Source: the human T2T-CHM13v2.0 reference genome, Homo sapiens. From it: 64,000 bases of DNA. Shown piece by piece: positions 26,825-39,374 of the stretch. The stretch lies in the NCBI RefSeq assembly GCF_009914755.1, contig NC_060930.1. The stretch is one strand, 5' to 3'. How positions within the stretch are numbered: the stretch's first letter is position 1; every line of letters starts with the position of its first letter. The notes beneath the pieces were generated by a model. The model did not search any database. It saw only the letters and a program-made list of their open reading frames with translations, and was not told the origin of the DNA. A program made the translations under genes and the position numbers.

Positions 26825-27583
26825 GGTTTGTTTTGTTCTAATTCAAGCCAACACTTAGAATTTTAACAATTTGGCACAGAAGCCTGGCTTTCTGCCTGCC
26901 TTCTCCACAGGACGACCTCTGACAGTTGGGATGGTTAGCATGCTCTCTGGGCTTCTCTGTGATCTACACACAACTTCCCTGCCTTTCCCTGCCTGCTGGG
27001 CCTGCTGCTCTGATCTTGGCCCCTGGGACCTTCCTAAAAGTCAGGAGCTGGCACTGACGTCCGGGGCTCCAAAGCAGCACACCTGCTCACACAGAGCTCA
27101 CCTCTCCAGCACGGCTCACTCGCCTCAGCTGCAGGCCTGGCCCTCTTAGCTGCAGGGCACGTACAAGGCCCCAGGGTAGTGCGAGAGGAACTTTGGAGCA
27201 AACCAGCTTCATGACCCTGTGTCCTGCCTGAGTAAATGCCTTTCAGCCTCTTTATCACCAGTGTCTCCTGGCTCCAGGGCCCTGCCTGAATACCCTTGGG
27301 CACCTCAAGCCCTCAGAGGCTGGTGTTGCCCAGTCTTCCCACAGAGGGGCCTGCCTGGTTCCAGCAGCTGCCCACTGGGTCTCCAGGCCCTCCACACCCA
27401 GCAGCTGCTGACAGCTCCACCTAAACTGGGGCCAGCCCGGTACCATGGAGATGGGACGTGTTTGCAGAGATGGCGTCCAAAGGATTTGCAGAGCTACTGG
27501 GAGGTGGGAAGAACAAGAAGTATCCCAAATGGTAGCAGTGCCAGCCTGGCTGCTGGGGCCAAGGACCCAAAGGGGATAGGGGC

Positions 27584-29231
27584 AGGAGGAGCCCCTATCC
27601 CTTAGGAGGAGCCACTATCCCACAGGAGGAGTCCCTATCCCGTAAGAGGAGCTCATATCCTGCAGGAGGAGTCCCTATCCCGTAAGAGGAGCTCATATCC
27701 TGCAGGAGGAGTCCCTATCCCATAGGAGGAGCCCCTATCCCACAGGAGGAGTCCCTATCCCACAGGAGGAGTCCCTATCCCATAGGAGGAGTCCCTATCC
27801 CATAGGAGGAGTCCCTATCCCATAGGAGTCCCTATCCCACAGGAGGAGTCCCTATCCCACAGGAGGAGCCCCTATCCCACAGGAGGAGCCCCTATCCCAC
27901 AGGAGGAGCCCCTATCACACAGGAGGAGCCCCTATCCCACAGGAGGACTCCCTATCCCACAGGAGGAGCCCCTATCCCACAGGAGGAGCCCCTATCCCAC
28001 AGGAGGAGTCCCTATCCCACAGGAGGAGTCCCTATCCCACAGGAGGAGCCCCTATCCCACAGGAGGAGTCCCTATCCCACAGGAGGAGCCACTATCCCAT
28101 AGGAGGAGTCCCTATCCCATAGGAGTCCCTATCCCACAGGAGGAGCCCCTATCCCACAGGAGGAGCCCCTATCCCACAGGAGGACTCCCTATCCCACAGG
28201 AGGAGCCCCTATCCCACAGGAGGAGCCCCTATCCCACAGGAGGAGCCCCTATCCCACAGGAGGAATCCCTATCCCACAGGAGGAGCCCCTATCCCACAGG
28301 AGGAGCCCCTATCCCGTAAGAGGAGCTCATATCCCGCAGGAGGAGCCCCTATCCCGTAAGAGGAGCTCATATCCCGCAGGAGGAGCCCCTATCCCGCAGG
28401 AGGAGTCCCTATCCCGCAGGAGGAGTCCCTATCCCGCAGGAGGAGCCCCTATCCCGCAGGAGGAGCCCCTATCCCACAGGAGGAGCCCCTATCCCACAGG
28501 AGGAATCCCTATCCCACAGGAGGAGCCCCTATCCCACAGGAGGAGTCCCTATCCCACAGGAGGAGCCCCTATCCCACAGGAGGAATCCCTATCCCACAGG
28601 AGGAGTCCCTATCCCACAGGAGGAGCCCCTATCCCACAGGAGGAATCCCTATCCCACAGGAGGAGCCCCTATCCCACAGGAGGAGCCCCTATCCCACAGG
28701 AGGAGCCCCTATCCCACAGGAGGAGCCCCTATCCCACAGGAGGAGCCCCTATCCCACAGGAGGAGTCCTTATCCCGTAAGAGGAGCTCATATCCTGCAGG
28801 AGGAGTCCCTATGCCACAGGAGGAGCCCCTATCCCACAGGAGGAGTCCCTATCCCACAGGAGGAGCCCCTATCCCACAGGAGGAGCCCCTATCCCACAGG
28901 AGGAATCCCTATCCCACAGGAGGAGCCCCTATCCCACAGGAGGAGTCCCTATCCCGTAAGAGGAGCCCCTATCCCACAGGAGGAGTCCCTATCCCACAGG
29001 AGGAGCCACTATCCCATAGGAGGAGTCCCTATCCCATAGGAGTCCCTATCCCACAGGAGGAGCCCCTATCCCACAGGAGGAGCCCCTATCCCACAGGAGG
29101 AGTCCCTATCCCGTAAGAGGAGCTCATATCCTGCAGGAGGAGTCCCTATGCCACAGGAGGAGCCCCTATCCCACAGGAGGAGTCCCTATCCCACAGGAGG
29201 AGCCCCTATCCCACAGGAGGAGCCCCTATCC
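27584..29231. repeat. 20-bp VNTR, ~82 copies
   Basis: Unit AGGAGGAG(C/T)CCCTATCCCAC with variants (CCCGTAAGAGGAGCTCATATCC dimer; 17-bp units lacking one GGA). Confidence 0.98.
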
Positions 29232-30662
29232 TGGGTGGCCGGGGACACAAGGTTGTGAAGGGGACAGAGCGATGAGTGGGAATGCCCACACTGGGGGTCG
29301 GGGTGGCTGGGGACACAAGAGAGGATGTGAGTCAGACCCGAAAGTGAAAGTCCTGCTGGCTCAGCCGCATGCTGGACCTCACAGTAAGCAAGTGCTGCCA
29401 CAGGAGTCTTTATGTACAAGAGTGACAATATCAGAGTTTTCTTGCAGGATGACCATCTCAGCGGTGCCTGGTGGAGCAAATGAGGTGACAGTTGAAGGTG
29501 GTGGGGACTCTGTGAACAGCAAATGCAGGAAAGGGAAGCCAAGAAACACTTCATTTAAAGCTTGAAATAGGAGTTGCCAGAGGCGTTAGCCCAGGTCCCT
29601 CAGCAGGAAACAGGACCTTGGGGTGTCTAACCCCCAACCCTGTGCCCCAGGGTTATGGGGTCTATGAGTTCTGCAAGGGTTCCCAAAAATACATAAGAAC
29701 TGGAGCAAAGATTCTTTTCTCCAAAATATGAAAGTAAAAAATCCGATTGATATTTGAATGCTTACAAACAAAATTTCCCATCTATGAGCACAATGCATAT
29801 GAGCACAGTGCACCTCAACCCTCACATACTTCCTATCAATTCTACTTCGTGTGGGCTACTGAGGCAGTTTCACACGTTTGGTGGGATTTGCATGGAGCCT
29901 CCAGATGTCGGAGGTCTTGAAGCCTGAGACGCAGAGAGAGAAAAAGGAGAAAGGGAGTGAGAGAGAAGCAGTGAGTGACCACAGAGGAGCGCTGAGACTT
30001 CCTCCTCCTAATACCCCACTTTTTCCAACTCGAGTGTCAAGGACTTTGCATGCACTGGGGCCTGGGAAAGCCACAGTTCAGTGGTCCTACTGTGGTTTTT
30101 AGGGCCACAAAGAACCTTTCACTTTGCCCTCAAACCAAATTGGTACCCTCCTATTGCTGAAGACAGCTTCCTTTGTTTTCCATTTCAGCAGAAACAAGTG
30201 AGGTAGCAGAGAAGCACTGAGGACCCCAAAAAGCCCCCTAGGGTTCGGATCTCGCCCAAGAGAGGCATCATGACTGCAGGTTTGGGCACGGGGGTGGGAA
30301 ATGGAGGCCTCCACTCATCCTTAACACACAGGGACCTGTGTGGCTGGCGTTCATTGTGCTAAGCGTCTTAGAAAAATAGCTATTAAATATATAAACTGTT
30401 AAATGTGTATGAATCCCTTGTACCTAATGGCAAAGATGAGACACTCACATGGCATGCATTCAGACCGAAGGGGCTGCTCCTGAGTGCTCTGACCACAAAA
30501 CACAGGGGCCGGGGGCCTGCACATCAGAGGCCTGGAGATGAGGCGCCCTGAGGCACTAACTAAATGTTTGGGTATGCCTAGGAGGTCAAGAATAACTAAG
30601 CTCGTGCGTAGCCTAAGAAATGCTGAATAATTTTCTAAGAAAAATGATGGCAGATACAACAT

Positions 30663-30720
30663 TCATAATATCTGGCACATAGAGGGTACACAAATATTTG
30701 TTGCATATTTGAATGAATAG
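30663..30720 (+). mobile_element. L2 3' tail fragment
   Basis: ATCTGGCACATAGAGGGTACACAAATATTTGTTG..GAATGAAT. Confidence 0.6.
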
Positions 30721-33700
30721 CAGAGCATTTGCATTTTTGTGTAATTTTTATCATCGTATAATCAAAATCCAAAATTCATAGCAACATCCACCAGGCAAAG
30801 AGCTCAATGGGCTTCCCTCTCCACACCTGCTCCCGTTAGCCCCCAGCATCAAGTGGTTTGTGGCCAGCACCCTCTCCCTCCCCTGGTGATGACCAGAAGA
30901 CAGAAAAAGATGCAGGAAGGGGCTTCTCAGCATGCTCCTGTCCACCCACAAATAGGCCAAAGGGCCCCTCCTCACCCCCTGACCCCATGCCCCTCACGCC
31001 TTCAAGGTGGCGCTGGGGGAACTGCGCTGGGGGAGCTCCGCTCAGAGACGCTGAGACCCCTTCGCAGTGGAGTTACGCTCACTCACTTCTGCAGCTGCCG
31101 AGGGGATGCCCCTCTCAGGAGCCATGTGTCAGGGTGCCCTTCCCTTCACTTTCCTCTTTTGTCACCGACCTTCACAGATCATGCTCCTTTAACACAACCA
31201 ACAGTCTTATGAAACAAAGCTTCTGAGAAATCACAGTACGATTCCACAGATCTGGCCCGAAGACCTGGAAAGAACCTGAAGAATCGTGCTTTGAAGGTCC
31301 AAGAAGGGAAAGGAGAAGAACGCCACCCAGGAATGCAGGGGAACAGGTGCACTCGGATAAAAAGCCACACACCGCGCTGCACCGCAGGGAATGCAGAAAG
31401 GACAGGCACACTCAGGTCCATGACCTCACTGCCCAGGATGAGCACGAGAAAGAGGCAGCTCAGGACGGAGACATGGGAAGGGTGGGAGATGCCGGCAGGC
31501 AGAGAAGTGAGAGCCAAGTCCCGTCCTGGGGAGCAGACACACGTCGGGTGGCAGGGGCTGAGGGAGGGCTTGGAAAAGAGGCTGTAGAGGTGCCAGGCCC
31601 AGAGTGAGTAGCAAGGGCCATGGGAGCCAAGCGGTGCTTGGGGCTGGGGCCCAGGAACGGAGCTGGGGGTGCCCGGCCCAGCCTCCCACTCCTCGCTGTT
31701 CCCCAGGTGCAGAGCAGGGTGGAGGTGGACCTGAGTCTGGGAGCTGAAGGAAGTGGGAAGGGGCTGAGGCTCCTGGAGAGGAAGAAAGTGTCCTCTGAGA
31801 GATGCTGGCACACATCCTCCAGAAAGTCCCAGGCTGGCTAGGGCCGGCTGCTTGGTGACACAGGCTCCTGGGTCCTGGGACCAGCCCTGACCACTGCTGG
31901 CACAGCAAAGCTGGTCACCCGACGGCTGCCCTGTGGAGAGGACCAGGCAGACAAAATGGAAACCACCATCCAGCAGGTGGTCCGGCCACAGCCCCAGTCA
32001 CCGAGACTCCTGAAGACGGTCAAGGCCAGGAGCCCAGGCCAGCCCCCACCTTCCACCTCCCTGCAGCTGGTTGTGGCCACAAGGTAAGTCCACCAATGAG
32101 CATCAACCGTGGTGTTTGTAGGACTTCGGGTGGCTTTTTAAAAGTAGGCTGTGTGTATCATACAAACCAGGAAGTCCTACAAAGAGAGGGGGTAACAAGC
32201 ACAGACCAGCAGCACCAGGATGTGCAGACACCACAGAGCACCCTTTAGCTCTTCCTCCTCCCTCCGTCCCCCCCACACCTTACATGTTATTATCAAAGCA
32301 TTTACATAATGCCCCTCAACCCAGCAGTCACTCTGAAATGAGATTCTCAGCAGTGAGAGGTCCTGGGAGTGGAAGCCCTGGAGTCAAAGCAGGAAGGGAA
32401 ATGGAGCTTGGATCCCTAAGGGACCTGCATTCCTGCCTTGGGGCTGCTTGGGCTGGGATCTGGGCCTACCACATAGGAGCTGCTCAAGAGCTAGCCATTC
32501 AACTCCCGCCTACCTTCATAGTCTCTGAAATAGGGGGGGCCACGTGCCCATCGTGAGGAGCAGGTGCCAGCTCCTTTTATGGAGAGACTGGATGTCTGCT
32601 GGGCTGGAGCTGCTCATGTAGGTGTTGACAGAACACTGCCCAGACCAAGGCTCTGAGGAGGACAGAAGTGGGAGAAAACTGAGGCAGAAGCCAGCGAGGG
32701 GGAAGTGATGGGGAGGGGGCTGGTGCTGTGCCATAACCTTCACTGGCCCTGGTGGGCAGGCTCAGAGCTCGCCGGGCACCCCTCACAACCAGGGGGTCCA
32801 CCTGGAGCATCGGGCAGGTTTGGAACGGTGACCTCCACATCGGGCGTGTTTGGAACGGAGGCCTCCAATCAGCGAACATTGCAAAGCACCTAGCCACGCA
32901 CACACTCTGGTGTGGGGATGGTGAGATCATCTGGGTGCATAAAGTGGTGATGGCCACACAGACGTTAGCTGTAACGTTCACCAACAACTCATCTCCAAAG
33001 GAGCCAGGGAACAAGGCCTGCCTGGGGCAGTCAGGGGAGGTGCTCAGCAGGCAGGGGCGGGAGGGGCAGAAGCGGTGCCTGAGCTGGACCTGGAGGGACT
33101 GGTGAGAAGTGGAAGAGCGGAGGGAAGAAGCGGCTGCGGAGGCTGCGGAGGCTGGGCCTGGTCTGGGGAGGCTGGGCCTGGTCTGGGGAGGCTGTGGAGG
33201 CTGGGCCTGGTCTGGGGAGGCTTGTCGGGACCAGGGGAGGGTGACACCCAGTCGGTAAGGAGAGGCATTGGCTGCATGCTGGCCCCCGTGCTGAGGTTGT
33301 CTGGTTGAAGGGGAAGCCCAGCTCAGTGACCAGTGGCCTTGGCCAGAGCAATGTGGCTTCGAGGACAACCACAGGTGTCTTCCTGGATCAGCACCTGCCT
33401 GCCCCGGCCCAGCCTGGGAGAAGGACTCAGGTGTTCTTCTTGAAGAGGGTCTAGCTCTAGGGACAACTGGGAGGAGGGGGCTGGCACAGGTACCAATCAC
33501 TCTGCCCCCTGCACCCAGATTTTTATAGAAATGGAAGCAAGTTACAAATCAGCATGGGGTGGGCTTTGCAGGAAATATAGTTATAGTGGAGGGGGCAGTC
33601 AGGGGTGCAAGGAGAGGAGGCTTCTGGGGACCTCAGCCAGGCTCATGAGACCCTCCATGGTAGACTGTGGGAAAACTTATCAGGGCAGGAGGAGAAAAGG

Positions 33701-35603
33701 GGCCCCTTTTCAATGGTATTTTTCAGCCTGCAAGAGGAAAGCAGCCTTTTTCCTATCGTTTTGCTTAGAGGCCCAAATTCTTTGTCACCCAGGCCAAAGC
33801 AGCCTGCCTGTCTTTCTGAACCCCTCACAGGGTAGCCCTGGGTGTCTTGTGAGCAGCACTGGGTTCACACAGTTCACCCGCACCCCAGATGCCTGAGCCT
33901 GATCCTATAGCTATGTGCAGTTCCCATGCCCTCTCCCCTCCGTGCGGCCGACTGGGGCAGCCAGCAGGTTCTCAAGCCTCCCACTTGAGGAAGGGGGCAC
34001 CGTGCTGCTCTGCACCCGCCGTCTGACTCGCCTCAGCCCCAGATCCCTGAGAAGTGTGGTTCTGCCAAGAGGCAGCAGGCTGGATTGAAGGACCTTTTTG
34101 GATTCCTTCCCTCACAAATCCCCACCAGTGTACTCATGAGAGCCCATGAATGGTTAAAAAACAAAGCTGTAAGAGAGAGAGGTTCCCACATAAAACAAGA
34201 GTGTTAAAGTGTGAAACAGGAGGTTTGGCCCTCACCCCTCCTCTCTCTGGGAGAGTTAGGGGGTTTCCCCGCCCACGCCCTGAGAGACCATCAACACCGT
34301 GCAGGCCGGTCTGTGCTTCACAGGGCTGGCTCCTGCCTTCCTCCTTTGTGAACTCAGGGATTCATGGAGCTAAGCCATCAACACCTGGCTGAGAAGTAGG
34401 GCCTCTCCACCTTCCTCCCACTCTGCTCACAAATGGCCCTGAGGAGTGTCAGAGATCAAAGGGGCCAGCGCCCTGGCCTTCTGCTGCTCAGCCCCATAAC
34501 TGCCCTCAGAGGACGGGAATTCACACCTGCTGGTGGTGGAGGGGGCCCAAGGTGTGGAGGACTGTGTTGGCTGCGGCATCATCTGCAAAGGTGAGTGAGC
34601 TTGAACTTTCACAAGGTGGCCCCAAGCCACCATAGGGGTAACAAGACAAAAGGTGTCTCCCTTCCTACATTACAGAAGGCGTTTGTGGAATTCACATCCC
34701 ACTGGGTCCTTTTTTCACAGTTCCTTGGCTTGAGGCCTCTGATCCTGCTTTCCACAAGCTGACTGGGTGTCACCAAGGCCCCAGAAGGGCCCGGAGCTCC
34801 CCCTTCTCTCACCCACTCCCCGATTATGTGCTCCCAGCACAGCTCTGCAGCCAGAGGGTGAGGCTGCAAGCGAGATTCCGAGGCTGACTGATAGGCCTTC
34901 ACCAGGCGGAGCCATCTTGAAGGAGAAAGAGGGAGACGGGGACGCTGTTGTGAATGGGTGGATACGTCAAGATGTGAGAAACTGAAGCTAGTAGCTGGAG
35001 TGGATCCACAGGGATTTCTATAGGCAGCCGAGTTTCCTGAACTTTTCCCGTGAAACTGACTTTGCTTTAACGAGAGCAACTGCACTGGCCATTCCCACAG
35101 GTATCTCTAGCCCCTCGTCTACGTGAAATGAGTGCATTCACTCAGATAAATCTCTAAAATGGTGGCTGGAGGCTGTTATTAGGAGGCTAGTAAAGATTTT
35201 ATGCTTGATATAATATTGCCTGTGACTTAGCCACTGTTGTAGAACAATATTTTGCCTGAAACTCTTCAAATGATGTTTTGGTAGCTGTTTCTGCTCATTT
35301 TGGTTAATGTTTTTGCAGCAATAAGTCTGAGCAGCTGGATCTTTTGTTCCTCACACAGCATATTCCAGGTGGGCTGCCTGAATCCTGCATCCTAAACCCT
35401 ATAAAATACCATTTCAGGAACAACTGGGTTTTTGTCTACAAGAAATTATCCCTATAATAGCTTGTATATGCCGTGAAGTAATGAGATGGTTGTTAATAGA
35501 AAAATATTTCCTAGAATAGACCATTTTTATTCAAACATCTGCCAACATGAAAACTATGTACACAGCATTGCAATGGAGTCATCGCTTTCCTAACAGTTTT
35601 CCT

Positions 35604-38027
35604 ACAGCCTGATACCCACACCATGTACAACCTGACTGATACACCATTTACAGCCTGACTGACTGACGCCCACACCATTTACAGCCTGACTGACTGACAC
35701 CTACACCATTTACAGCCTGACTGACTGACACCCACACCGTTTACAGCCTGACTGACTGACACCCACACCATTTACAGGCTGACTGACTGACACCCACACC
35801 ATTTACAGCCTGACTGACTGACACCCACACCATTTACAGCCTGACTGACTGACACCCACACCATTTACAGGCTGACTGACTGACACCCACACCCTTTACA
35901 GCCTGACTGACACCCACACCATTTACAGCCTGACTGACTGACACCCACACCATTTACAGCCTGACTGACTGACACCCACACCATTTACAGGCTGACTGAC
36001 TGACACCCACACCATTTACAGCCTGACTGACTGACACCCACACCATTTACAGGCTGACTGACTGACACCCACACCCTTTACAGCCTGACTGACTGACACC
36101 CACACCATTTACAGCCTGACTGACACCCACACCATTTACAGCCTGACTGACTGACACCCACACCATTTACAGCCTGACTGACTGACACCCACACCATTTA
36201 TAGCCTGACTGACACCCACACCATTTACAGCCTGACTGACTGACACCCACACCATTTACAGGCTGACTGACTGACACCCACACCATTTACAGCCTGACTG
36301 ACTGACACCCACACCATTTACAGCCTGACTGACTGACACCCACACCATTTACAGCCTGACTGACACCCACACCATTTACAGCCTGACTGACTGACACCCA
36401 CACCATTTACAGCCTGACTGACTGACACCCACACCATTTACAGCCTGACTGACTGACACCCACACCATTTACAGCCTGACTGACACCCACACCATTTACA
36501 GGCTGACTGACTGACACCCACACCATTTACAGCCTGACTGACACCCACACCATTTACAGCCTGACTGACTGACACCCACACCATTTACAGCCTGACTGAC
36601 TGACACACACACCATTTACAGCCTGACTGACTGACACCCACACCATTTACAGCCTGACTGACTGACACCCACACCATTTACAGCCTGACTGACACCCACA
36701 CCATTTATAGCCTGACTGACACCCACACCATTTACAGCCTGACTGACACCCACACCGTTTACAGCCTGACTGACACCCACACCATTTACAGCCTGACTGA
36801 CTGACACCCACACCGTTTACAGCCTGACTGACTGACACCCACACCATTTATAGCCTGACTGACACCCACACCATTTACAGCCTGACTGACACCCACACCA
36901 TTTACAGCCTGACTGACACCCACACCATTTACAGCCTGACTGACTGACACCCACACCATTTATAGCCTGACTGACACCCACACCATTTACAGCCTGACTG
37001 ACTGACACCCACACCATTTACAGCCTGACTGACTGACACCCACACCATTTACAGCCTGACTGACACCCACACCATTTATAGCCTGACTGACACCCACACC
37101 ATTTACAGCCTGACTGACTGACACCCACACCATTTACAGCCTGACTGACACCCACACCATTTACAGCCTGACTGACACCCACACCGTTTACAGCCTGACT
37201 GACTGACACCCACACCATTTATAGCCTGACTGACACCCACACCATTTACAGCCTGACTGACTGACACCCACACCGTTTACAGCCTGACTGACTGACACCC
37301 ACACCATTTACAGCCTGACTGACTGACACCCACACCATTTACAGCCTGACTGACACCCACACCATTTACAGCCTGACTGACTGACACCCACACCGTTTAC
37401 AGCCTGACTGACTGACACCCACACCATTTACAGCCTGACTGACTGACACCCACACCGTTTACAGCCTGACTGACTGACACCCACACCATTTACAGCCTGA
37501 CTGACACCCACACCATTTACAGCCTGACTGACACCCACACCCTTTACAGCCTGACTGACTGACACCCACACCATTTACAGCCTGACTGACTGACACCCAC
37601 ACCCTTTACAGCCTGACTGACTGACACCCACACCATTTACAGGCTGACTGACACCCACACCATTTACAGCCTGACTGACTGACACCCACACCATTTACAG
37701 CCTGACTGACACCCACACCATTTACAGCCTGACTGACTGACACCCACACCCTTTACAGCCTGACTGACTGACACCCCCACCATTTACAGCCTGACTGACT
37801 GACACCCACACCCTTTACAGCCTGACTGACTGACACCCACACCATTTACAGCCTGACTGACACCCACACCATTTACAGCCTGACTGACTGACACCCACAC
37901 CATTTACAGCCTGACTGACACCCACACCATTTACAGCCTGACTGACTGACACACACACCATTTACAGCCTGACTGACTGACACCCACACCATTTACAGCC
38001 TGACTGACTGACACCCACACCATTTAC
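35604..38027. repeat. 31/27-bp VNTR, ~80 copies
   Basis: Unit ACACCCACACCATTTACAGCCTGACTGACTG (31 bp) or with one CTGA fewer (27 bp); source of the CKWCGCQSG / SQAVNGVGV ORFs. Confidence 0.98.
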
Positions 38028-38995
38028 CCCTTCGTGTTGGCACATCGAAGAGCAGCATCTTAGTGGTCTGAGTCACAGTGACAAAACTTTCAGGTAGGTC
38101 CACCCTTTAGCTGTAGATGGAGCAGGTGCCCCCTGCAGAAGAATCTGCCTACATCCCACGCCAGAACTGGGCCTCGCTCCACAGACAGGGAGGAGGAGAA
38201 AGTGCAGCCAGTTTCCAAAACAGGCATAATTTAGATGTGCCCAGGCTCTGATCCAGATGCACCCTGTGCTGAGACTGCAGAAGCTGCTGTCATCGACCCC
38301 TCAGCACCCTACTGTGAGCTTTGCTCCGTAACCACTCCTGTGACAAGCAAACGAATTAAATAGCGTGAAGGATGGCCACCCTGGACTCTGTCCACAGAGG
38401 TGCCAGCTGAGAGTGTGCTCTGACCGTGGCACACCGGTCCCTCCGGGCACTAAAATGAGACCCTGTTCATTTCGTGTCTCCCACCAAGCAGCTGTCAGGC
38501 GACAGTGGCTTTTGGTCCCCGTGTCCTGTGAGACAGTTTCAAACAGGTGGTCTATACAGGTTTTAAAAATTCCCTATCCCATTACTGGTTCCCAAAGCTA
38601 TCCAATTCCCCCTCCTTCTTCTGGGGAGAATGTTGTTATGAACAGAAACCCTGAATCGGAGGTTGCTTCTTCTTTCCTTTCTCCCACATTATTCCTCAGC
38701 CTCCTCAGAAGACCCACGACCAAACACAGGAGGAGTCTTCCCTTTGGGGCCGAGTTGCTTCAGAAAGGCTCAGAGTGGCTGACAAGCTTCTCTGGGTACA
38801 GATGGGTGCACAACCATCTCAGCAAATGCCAATGCTTTTCAGCAAATAAAGCCCAAGGGGTGACTGGCGATGGCTTTGGGGCTGCAGTATGTCTATGCTG
38901 GATGACTGTTTGGGGGACGCAGCCCTTCCCTCTATTCAAAGTGCTATGTAGCTTATATTTATTTAAATGAGTTAAAACTTATCTTCTTTGGAGAC

Positions 38996-39301
<306 letters not shown>

Positions 39302-39374
39302 GAGACATTTTAACATAGACAAGACCATCAGACTCAGAGGAGAACCTGCAGACCATCTGGTCCAGTGTTCTAGC

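Noticed and set aside
32577-33500. 307-aa minus-strand ORF and overlapping plus ORF 32752-33105 (IGQVWNG/IGRVWNG)
   Set aside because: GC-rich sequence with local 22-31-bp duplications, non-ATG starts, no recognisable domain and no clear exon boundaries.
36616-37218. Cys-rich ORFs (CKWCGCQSG) resembling keratin-associated proteins or metallothionein
   Set aside because: They are translations of runs of 27-bp VNTR units and switch frame at each 31-bp unit.
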